Notes under the pieces: generated by a model
Databases searched by the model: none
The model's input: the letters and a program-made list of their open reading frames with translations, nothing else
Told to the model about the DNA's origin: nothing
Assembly (NCBI GenBank): GCA_951406725.2
Contig: OX597827.1
Coordinates: forward strand, 65,782,001-65,846,000
Direction of reading: 5' to 3'
Origin: Octopus vulgaris
Taxonomy: Eukaryota
Length of the DNA stretch: 64,000 bases
Program-made: the position numbers and the translations under genes
In this document: positions 53,982 through 64,000 of the stretch, in pieces
Layout of the letters: each line of letters begins with the position of its first letter
How positions within the stretch are numbered: the stretch's first letter is position 1

Positions 53982-54016
53982 GTTTTACGTTTCGAGCGGA
54001 GCTCTTCGTCAGAAAC
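53982..54016 (-). ncRNA. Minimal type I hammerhead ribozyme (35 nt), family E2
   Basis: GUUU-CUGACGA-A-GAGC ucc GCUC-GAAA-CG-UA-AAAC; canonical core, GUA triplet. Confidence 0.85.
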
Positions 54017-54800
54017 ATAGGAAAAGGAAAGATCCAGAGAAGGGAAGACGGAGGGAAAATCGACATGCTCATAAATATATTCGCACTTATATGTATGTAT
54101 GTACGTGTCAATGACTTACTGGATGTGAACACAAATCTCGTATAAATGACAAAAAAGAAAGGTTGAAATAAAGACCCCGGAATCATCTGAACTCAGAACG
54201 TAATGACAGTCGAAATGCCGCTAAGCATTTTGCTGGTCATGATAATGATTCTGCCAGGTAATCTTCATTGCAATTAAGTTTTGAAGAGGCATGTTGCGGA
54301 AAGGCCCATAATGGAAATGAAATATTGATTTGAAACTATGATACAAAGCCAACAAGTTCAGGGGACGGGGAAGAAATGTAACCCATGAAAAAAAAGATAC
54401 AGAAGAACCACCAATAGATGTAACAGAGGAGGAGTTGCAATTTCAGAGTGACGCAGAAAATGAGGGAGAAAACCTAGAATCTCGGAAACCAAATGATAAA
54501 AGCACACAGAGGAGAAATACGGAATTGCAGTTGGATGAACGCATGGATGCGCAAATGCATGAAGGCATGGACGTGCAAACGAACGAATTCGGAGACTGGA
54601 GGAAGGAAATACAGGAACACCAGGAGAATGGAAGGAAAAAGAAACAGCGCTGAAAACAAAAAGATGAAGGAAAACATAGTATTGGTAAGTATTTAAATTG
54701 TGAAAAGACTGTAACTAAAAAAAAGCATTACATTTTGAACTTACAGTTAAAAAAAAATAACGTAAATTAGAACCGTTAATGAACAGCTTTCTTTAAGTTT

Positions 54801-55035
54801 AAGGCGGCGAGCTGGCAGAAACGTTAGCACGCCGGGCGAAATGCGTAGCCGTATTTCGTTTGCCGTTACGTTCTGAGTTCAAATTCCGCCGAATTCGACT
54901 TTGCCTTTCATCCTTTCGGCGTCGATAAATTAAGTACCAGTCACGCACAGGGGTCGATATAATCGACTTAATCCGTTTGTCTGTCCTTGTTTGTCCTCTC
55001 TGTGTTTAGCCCCTTGTGAGTAGTAAAGAAATAGG
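54801..55035 (+). mobile_element. SINE family B, single full copy
   Basis: 13-bp TSD TTTCTTTAAGTTT at 54788-54800 and 55036-55048. Confidence 0.9.
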
Positions 55036-56436
55036 TTTCTTTAAGTTTTGGTAAACTGTGATAAACAGTTTTCTTTTGTTTTAAAAAGAGAAATTAAGAA
55101 AGAACAGTATAAACAATTATTGTAAAAGATATAATAATAAGGCAGAAAACAAAGGAAGAAGTCGCAGTTTCGACTCAGAGCGAAACCAGACGTTATCGAA
55201 AGGTTTAAGTGTAAAAAAGAATTCACGGTTTTATATCGCAGCGGGAGCGAGAAGACCGTCACATTGGTATTATTTATATTTATATATCATTTCATATATC
55301 ATACTTCATGTGTTTTATGTTCCCGCACGTCTTTTTATGACCCCTCTATATTTAGGCCTTGTGCCTGTAGTAAAGAGAAAAAGTTCAGGGGACGGGGTAT
55401 GTCATATCAACCCCAGTCCTCGATTGCTTCTTATTTTATCGACCTCGAAAGGATAAGAGGCACAGATGGCCTTAGCAGAATTTGAAATGTGAACGTAAAG
55501 ACGGACGAACTGCCGCTACACTTTTTACCTTTCTAAATAATGCTTCTGACAGCTCACCGCGAAACGGAAACGAAATATTGTTAAACGGCAAGAGAAAAGT
55601 AGTATTTTCTAAGGGAAATGTGTTTGACATATAGATTGATACGGAATAAAGTAAGTGGAAGTATTAAAACACGTTTGGATGTTATATAATTCATATGGCC
55701 AGTTAAGAACTGCACGAATGAAGAAAGGAAGGCAGATTAATTTAAAAGCTCAGATGGAAAAGTAATTGTTATGATAAAGATTAAATATGAAAGAAAAAAA
55801 TTGATGTAACATCCCTGGCGGTACTTAGATAAGGATAAATTTTAACGTGTCATTTGAAGTTGAACAATAAGGCATATAACTAGAAATCTGGAACAAAAAA
55901 GCGTTTGATGTCAAAAGAATATTAATCTTTAGTGTGAAACACCGATATGATGAAAAGTTGGATGGAAGTTTGAGAATGCACATTTGTGACATGAGGCAGT
56001 TAAATATGATTTTTTTCTTCTACTAGAAAACACTCTTTTAGCCGCAAGACACAAATAGAAACACGGACAAATTTTCTATATACAAAACATGAAATAACAT
56101 GTGATCCTGTTTCGTAACTTCTTTCCTTCTGACTTGTTATATATATATATATATATATATCTGTGAAAGCTACAATATGTAGACGTACATGAATATATTT
56201 TCCGCTAAATTATACTGCAAAAACATTTATTCTGTGAAAACGTATTATTAAATATTTATTTTATGTATAAAGCTGTTTTCCATTTATGCTTATAAGTTAA
56301 ACTTATACACAAAAAGTATACATGTATACTTATACACAAAAAGTATACATGTATAAAAAAAAAACAACTATCGCATTTTTAAACTGTTTCATATTATCTT
56401 ACATAAATATACACATATATAACATGTGTGTATGCT

Positions 56437-56474
<38 letters not shown>

Positions 56475-56488
56475 ACTCTCTCTCTCTC

Positions 56489-56520
<32 letters not shown>

Positions 56521-56578
56521 ATTAGTGAATTGAAGAAATGGAGTTGAACGAAGATTGTACAGAATTCCTTTTATTACA

Positions 56579-56658
56579 TTCTACACATGTTTCAAAGGCC
56601 ACAATTTTCCAAATTCTGATTAAATAAGGATACCATATTGCAGCTTTCTCTTCAGGAA
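56579..56658 (-). ncRNA. Type I hammerhead motif
   Basis: UUC-CUGAAGA-GAAAGCUGCAAU..AUUGUGGCCUUU-GAAA-CAUGUG-UA-GAA; ~230-bp cassette between TA tracts. Confidence 0.7.
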
Positions 56659-56746
56659 AAAGCAGGAATTACTTTGTCAGAACAAAACAAAACAGAGGCG
56701 CAGCAAAGCAATTCGAACGAGGACGCTCCCTAAGAGCCCATGGGTA

Positions 56747-56779
<33 letters not shown>

Positions 56780-56787
<8 letters not shown>

Positions 56788-57002
56788 GAAATGAGGTACT
56801 CAGAAATTCGGATGATTTTATATTAACAGATATTTGTATATTACATGTTTTTATACATCATATAACTAAAAACTCCACTAGAATGAACGAAAGCACTATT
56901 ATGTATAATATATAAGATATATGATGTATAAAAATATGTAATATACAAATATCTGTAAATATAAAACCATCCGAATTTCAGAGTACCTCATTTCTTCTAA
57001 TA
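56780..57002. repeat. Inverted repeat, ~84-bp arms, ~54-bp spacer
   Basis: 56780-56863 approximates the reverse complement of 56918-57002. Confidence 0.9.
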
Positions 57003-57091
57003 TTTCTTCTACATCATCTCCAAACGTTCTAAAATATATATATATATATATATATACTAGAAGAGTGAATAATTGTGAATAAATCACAAGT

Positions 57092-57360
57092 AGTATCTTT
57101 TCCTTTTGAAAGGCAGTTTTCAACACAATTTCTAGTTAACTAAACACTTTTAGAATGTGTGAAAATAAAACATTTTTTTTCTGTTGGCTTTCTGGAAAAA
57201 ATTGTAATTTGTAAGTTTAATGTAGTTTAATTTTTCGAATTTTAACCAATCCTATGTCCTCTATTGAGCTAAAATCATTTGCTGCATCTAAAACAGACAA
57301 CATCCTGTCACTAACCCTAACCCTCACCCTAACCCTAACACTAAACCTAAATTTTAGCCT
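57092..57360 (+). mobile_element. Truncated diverged relative of the 58935 MITE
   Basis: TIR-like GTATCTTTTCCTTTTGAAAGGCAGTTTT, shared TAACTAAACACTTTTA and a (CCCTAA)n block. Confidence 0.65.
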
Positions 57361-57676
57361 TTCGTTCTTTTTCTTAATTGTTAAATTAATTTAAGTATAC
57401 CAATTAAGAAATAAAAACGAAAGGCTAAAACGAAAGCAATGGAAAATAACTTTATATATATATAAATGTATATATATACCTATATATACAGATATATATG
57501 TGTGTGTACGTATGCATGCGTGTGTGTGTGTGTGTGTGTGTGTGTGAGGGGCTTTTCGTGATACTCTTGAATGGTACCCCACCCTCGTATATTGTCATGG
57601 TTCTGAGCTGAAGATATCATGGATTTCCAAAATTTTTAAACGATCCACACACACACACACACATGTGAATATATAT

Positions 57677-58070
57677 TCTTTCCGTGTTTCAGCCATCTGA
57701 CTGCGGCTATGCTGGAGCACCGCCTTTAGTCGAGCAAATCGACCCCGGGACTTATTCTTTGTAAGCCCAGTACTTATTCTATCGGTCTCTTTTGCCGAAC
57801 CGCTAAGTAACGGGGACGTCAACACACCAGCATCGGTTGTCAAGCAATGCTAGGGGGACAAACACAGACACACAAACACACACACACATATATATATATA
57901 CATATATACGACAGGCTTCTTTCAGTTTCCGTCTACCATATCCACTCACAAGGCATTGGTCGGCCCGGGGCTATAGCAGAAGACACTTGCCCAAGATGCC
58001 ACGCAGTGGGACTGAACCCAGAACCATGTGGTTGGTTAGCAAGCTACCTACCACACAGCCACTCCTGCGC
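57677..58070 (-). mobile_element. SINE family A, full length
   Basis: Head to tail match. Confidence 0.9.
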
Positions 58071-58270
58071 GTATACATATATTTATACAAATGTATATAA
58101 ATATATGTGTGTGCGTGTTAGTGTGTATGTATTTATATTTGTATGTATGTACGAATGGCCCGTTTTTGTTTATAATTATGTAAATTCTTTCTTGTAGAAA
58201 GGAACTAGTTCCTAACAAAGACACAATGCTCTAGCGTTGGAACGTAGTATATAAGTCTATATGTTTGTAC

Positions 58271-58347
<77 letters not shown>

Positions 58348-58548
58348 TAGATAGATAGATATATATGTATATATATACATACATATATACATATGTGTAC
58401 ATAAGTACGTATACAAACACAGACACACACATATATATTGTTCATTTATTTATATTAGCGTGGTTTTTAATGTAAAATGTTCTCTTCAAATTCTCGAAAT
58501 TATAATAGAATTTCAGAAATGAACGTATAGTTCTATACAATAGGCAAT

Positions 58549-58723
58549 GGGATGGAAGCACCCCGTCGGTTACGACGATGAGGGTTCTGGTTGATCCGAA
58601 TCAACGGAACAGCCTGCTCGTGAAATTAACGTGTAAGTGGCTGAGCACTCCACAGACACGTGCACCCTACGATCCTACGACCGCGAGTCTGCTGCCCTAA
58701 CCACTGGGCCATTGCGCCTCCAC
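58549..58723 (-). mobile_element. SINE family C, internally deleted
   Basis: 13-bp TSD TACAATAGGCAAT; both ends kept, ~210 bp of middle missing. Confidence 0.9.
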
Positions 58724-58934
58724 TACAATAGGCAATATGTAATCGGTGAAATGTAATCAGTGCTTCGTTTCAACATTCTTATTGTGGTGCAGTCTTATTT
58801 CCATTGTGTTAAATTAGTCGCCTGCTTGAATCTATTTACAGAAAAATGTGTGAGTACTAAGAGAAACATTTCATTGGCATATCGTGCCTCGAAAAGATCC
58901 GAGGCACGAATAGTTTTCTAACTATTCGTGCCTC

Positions 58935-59365
58935 GGATCTTTTCGGTTTGACCGGCAGCTTTTTAAAATAATTCCCACGTAACTAAACACTTTTAAACTT
59001 CGTATACTGGTAGAATGTGTTTATAAAACAACTTTTTCTCTTGGCTTTATTGAGAAAATTCGATAGTTTGTAAGATATTTGTTGTTTCTTTTTTACTTCA
59101 ATTTCTGCAATTTCAACCAATCAATGACGTCTATTGAGGTGAAAACATTCTGTGCCGTATGAATATGTCCCCCGTTTAAGAAATAGATTGGGTTTATTTA
59201 CATTTCTGAAGAAAAAAAAAGATACCCTTCCTCCACCCCTAACCCTAACTAACCTTAACCCTAAGACAGATTGAAATGCAATAGATCGATACTAGAGTCA
59301 TAATTATGGGTGACAATTTCATATGACACAGCTAGAAAAAACTGCCGTTCAAACCGAAAAGATCC
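58935..59365. mobile_element. MITE with ~30-bp TIRs and 8-bp TSD (Merlin- or hAT-type)
   Basis: GGATCTTTTCGGTTTGACCGGCAG..CTGCCGTTCAAACCGAAAAGATCC; TSD CGTGCCTC/CATGCCTC; GG..CC termini. Confidence 0.85.
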
Positions 59366-59809
59366 CATGCCTCTTGCAAATTGTGTAACTGTGTATCAAA
59401 AGGAATATTTCGGTTCATGAAAACAGGGCGTCTTTTTTCTCCCTCTACAAAGAACGTCTAGGCATATGCAAATATAGGCATAGTCGCATACGTAATTATA
59501 AAAAAAAATTATACCCTTAAAAATAAATATACATACTTCTTTAAATATATATAACTGTACAAGGGTGTACTTACATAAGTATTCGTATATATACTTTCTC
59601 TTAGGTTCAACCTAATGACTGCGGCCATGCTGGGGCACCGTCGTTTATTTTGCTACACTTTTACTAAAGCCCTTAAGAAAAAGAAAACAGTCAACATATC
59701 GGACAATGATTTATTAACGCTTTCGTTCGTTTAAAGCATTATCCCAAATAACAGCCTCTTTGTATTAATATACAATATCTGTCCCCCATTTCAAACACCA
59801 TATACACAT

Positions 59810-60200
59810 AGGCGCAGGAGTGGCTGTGTGGTAAGTAGCTTACTAACCAACCACATGGTTCCGGGTTCAGTCCCACTGCGTGGCATCTTGGGCGAGTGTC
59901 TTCTGCTATAACCCCGGGCCGACCAATGCCTTGTGAGTGGATTTGGTAGACGGAAACTGAAAGAAGCCTGTCGTATATATGTATATATATGTGTTTGTGT
60001 ATCTGTGTTTGTCCCCCTAGCATTGCTTGACAACCGATGCTGGTGTGTTGACGTCCCCGTCGCATAGCGGTTCGGCAAAAGAGACCGATAGAATAAGTAC
60101 TGGGCTTACAAAGAATAAGTCCCGGGGTCGATTTGCTCGACTAAAGGCGGTGCTCCAGCATGGCCGCAGTTAAATGACTGAAACAAGTAAGAGAAAAGAG
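59810..60200 (+). mobile_element. SINE family A, full length
   Basis: Head to tail match. Confidence 0.9.
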
Positions 60201-60626
60201 TATATGCGTGTGTATGTATATATATATATATATATACATACATACAGAGAAACAGAGGACAGACTGAGGGAAAGAGAAGGAAAAGGTGAAAGCATATTTG
60301 ATACGTATGAAGCGTACGTGAGTACATTTCATACTATGTTCTCCAGCAGTAAATCGAGCTTACGGCTTTGTAATAAATTTATTGATTCATATTTATTTCT
60401 GTTGGAATGTCATTTTTAGTGTTATATCAAACACTGCTTTGTGCAAAATACATTTCTGTGAACGATATTGTTAACAATAATATTTGTGGCATAAGGTTAT
60501 TTTTTTTCACTCATTCCTTATTTTAACGTATTTAATATGCAGAAGTTAAACGTTTACGTTCACATACATACAGGCATTTGTATGAAAATACACACATATA
60601 AATATATAACTGTATATATTTATATA

Positions 60627-60686
<60 letters not shown>

Positions 60687-60826
60687 TCAATAAATGGTGG
60701 GGTTGTGTTGACCGCACGTGGAAATGATAAGTAAGGTAAATTTTTTTTTAAAAATGCAGAATGCTCAAATGAAAGAAAATTTTAATAAAAAATGAGAAAA
60801 TGATAAAATATATAAATATATATATT

Positions 60827-60867
60827 TATTCAACCGGTTTTCGTCAATGTATGACTTGTCAGGAATA
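60827..60867 (-). ncRNA. Degenerate minimal hammerhead motif
   Basis: UAUUC-CUGACAA-GUCA uacau UGAC-GAAA-ACCGG-UU-GAAUA; helices I and II perfect; G8A and one extra A. Confidence 0.55.
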
Positions 60868-62099
60868 TTTATGTTTTAAGAAGTTTTTTTAAAAATTAGA
60901 AAGGGGAAAAAAAGAAAATTGCAATGTTTTTTGTAAAAGAATAATGATAAAAATGTACAAAAATTAAAAAATAAGTTCTCCGATACATTGTGAGTTCGTT
61001 GTGTATCTTGAGTTTTATGGTTGTTTACCAAAAAATTACCTTCAGGTGTTAAGATCCAAAGGGATTAAGAGCATGTGATGTGTTGTGTTGTTAAATACAG
61101 CATGTTCCAGGACAGGAAGTAGTAGTAATTGTGGTCCTGGTTCTTCAGTTCCTGTGTTGTGAGTAAGGGGAGACAACTCTTTTGAGTTCTTCAATAAAAC
61201 CCAAATTATAAAACTATCATTTTAGCTTCATTTGCATTATCTTTTTTATATATAATTGCTTGTTAACTTAACTTTCAGAAATAATATAAATAAAGTGTTA
61301 AAATCTGAGCATGTATGTGTATATACTATATATATACATGTATATATATATAATCATTTATATATATATATGATATATACATGCATACATATATGTGAGT
61401 GTTTGCATATATGAATACATTATTCAGCTTAAACTTGACAGAAACAATAAATGGATAAACGGCATTCATGTCGTCCTCTTTGTTTATATATTTTTCATAT
61501 ATACATATATATTCCTAAATGTATATTTGAATATATTGTTACGTACTTAGGAGTGTATATACGTTTGTGACCGCGCCTTTTTACCTGAGTGTGTGTGATT
61601 GTTTGTACGTGTGCTTTTTATATGTGAATGCTTTATGTCTGTAAATTCAGAAATATTTATCACTTAATTCTTTAGTTTCCTCACAGGTTCGTACATTATG
61701 TACAATTTATATATAAATGAATAAATATATAGATATATGTGTGTGTGTAGGCGTAATACATGAATATATATTTACGTATGTTGCACTATTCATATAAACA
61801 ATGTTAACGCCAAGAGGAAAGTTATTAGTCGCGTATACAATCAATACATACATCGGTTACACGTTACATATATCATATCCAGTAAAGTGTCACATATGTT
61901 GGGGAAATAGCTAGAAATACGTTGAAATAATGATCAATATCACAAGTATTCAACTATATGTTTACACATGTTGAAATGCCTATGTGTTATTTATGACCGT
62001 GTCTTCTCACGCTGAAATTTTATGCTTATCTAAGTGGCGATATAGTTTCCTCATGTATTTGAATAATATTATACATTTACTCATGTATCTTTGTATATT

Positions 62100-62150
<51 letters not shown>

Positions 62151-62340
62151 GTGTGTGTGTGTGTGTGTGTGTAGGCGTAATATATATGTATGCGTTAGTG
62201 CATGTGGTTGTGATGGTGTTTTGAAGCAGTACATAATGAAAGATGAAAGCCTCTTTCAATACGACGTACACTGTTATGTCTCAGAGTAAAATGTAGTTTA
62301 CAATATAACCTAGATTATAAGATTTACGTGCGTAGAAATG

Positions 62341-62398
<58 letters not shown>

Positions 62399-62596
62399 CG
62401 TGTGTGAGCGTGTGAATGGTTGTGTGTTTGTGTGTATGTATTAGTGTGTAAATATGTATACACACATATATGTGTAATTACATATTTATATATATATTTA
62501 GTTATATATATAAATGTATATATATATGTATGTATGCATATATGTATATATATATATTTGATATATATTTATATATATATATTTAATGTATATTCA

Positions 62597-62643
<47 letters not shown>

Positions 62644-63797
62644 ATAGATATACATATAAAACAGAGAGAGACAGAGGCAGAGAGAAACAGTTTCTACGAT
62701 CACTACAGATATTGTATAAATATGAGTGTGAGTGTTTGTGTGAGTGTGTGCGCGCGCCTGTGTATGTAATTTTTGTGAACATTCTATAAACCAAGCTGTG
62801 GGATCTTAAATAACGGGTTTCATACCTAGGGAGATATATAGTTAAATACAATGTTTGTTAATAACTAACTGCACGCTATATAGTACATTTCTGTTTCGAC
62901 AGTTATGCTCCTTTCAATACAACTTCTATTTCAACCATCTAAAGGTCGAAATCTAACAAGAGCGCTGTGTATTATGTTATAAAGAAGCACAAAATGATAC
63001 CGATTCCATCTGTAGCACCTTTTATATAGTGACACATTGCATTAGCACTTTATATCTTTATATATTTGCAATTTAGTTTCTCCGGGCTGATATAATAGGT
63101 ATTCTTTAATCATGTTCAGTCTGTGAATCCCAACGATATATTTCGAGCATGGTGTCCTAAACATTTCTTTAATTGAAGGAAATTGACTTTAATTATTTAG
63201 TGGGGACAGTTCTGATATTTTTATACTGATGAATTTTTTCCAGTAAATCTAAGGTTCAATCTTCTCACAGATCGTGTGATATTCTGGCCAAATAAATATT
63301 ATACAATGAGTATACATGAACATGAAAATGTTAGATATTTGTTTTTATGCTGTTGCTTATCAAGAAGGGAGTTCATCTAAAACAGAATGACAAACGTTTT
63401 TATTCTTATACATTCAGTCACATTACTCATACAATGATATGATTATTGTTATCGAATAATTTCTTCATATAAAAAATATGCTTCACAACTCTAGCATGTT
63501 TTACGACTTCCTTGTAGGCAACTGATCTATGTATTTCTTTAATGTGTTAATAAAAGAAGGTACTTCTCGTGCAAGGAGCAGTCAAGAGATCTATAAATAC
63601 GGCGTCACGAGTGTCACCAGCAATTTTTTATGCACATCAGTAGTGTACAGAGAACGTGTTTGCATTTTTTATATGATTCACAATGAAAGTGTATATAATA
63701 GCAATTCATTGCAAATGTTGTTTCTGATTATCTGATATGCGATATGTTGTGAATACACATTCAGAAAACACACATACAGACACACAAACACACACAG

Positions 63798-63828
<31 letters not shown>

Positions 63829-64000
63829 AAGAGAGAGAGAATATATAATGAGTTTCCGGCAACTGACGTAAAGAAATGTGTTTATAGTACGAGTGTTCGG
63901 TTTAGCTTGCCACTAAAACTCCAGTTCCACCAGCAACAGACTTGGTGTTGAGACCGCCTATCAGAAGAGGCTACATATAATATATATATATATATATATA

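Noticed and set aside
56301-56354. 27-bp tandem duplication (similar small ones at 13337-13480 and 40212-40300)
   Set aside because: Ordinary slippage next to microsatellites
57311-57350. Telomere or chromosome-fusion site
   Set aside because: Only a few degenerate units, internal to a MITE relative

Overview
AT-rich, repeat-saturated animal non-coding DNA (intronic or intergenic). The SINE repertoire and microsatellite load suggest an octopus genome; this is inference. No intact protein-coding gene is visible, and almost all listed ORFs are artefacts of microsatellites, SINEs or satellites. The window holds three or more tRNA-derived SINE families, decayed LINEs (R4/Dong-type, CR1, RTE), two mariner relics, non-autonomous Helitrons, a MITE with telomere-like repeats, a 22-bp GC-rich satellite (~2.75 kb) and a degenerate AT-rich satellite. 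The signal not explained by the ORF track is about 19 type I minimal hammerhead ribozyme (HHR) motifs, intact and decayed, from several unrelated sequence families. Many sit in short Penelope-like pseudo-LTR or retrozyme-like cassettes in TA tracts, some with inverted tails. One family fuses a tRNA-Asn-like Pol III head to the HHR. It occurs once downstream of a GIY-YIG remnant (19.2-19.8 kb) and once as an ORF-less copy starting at the tRNA 5' end (22.0-23.0 kb), making it a candidate Penelope-mobilised, self-cleaving SINE. Everything was read by eye; element boundaries without TSDs are approximate.
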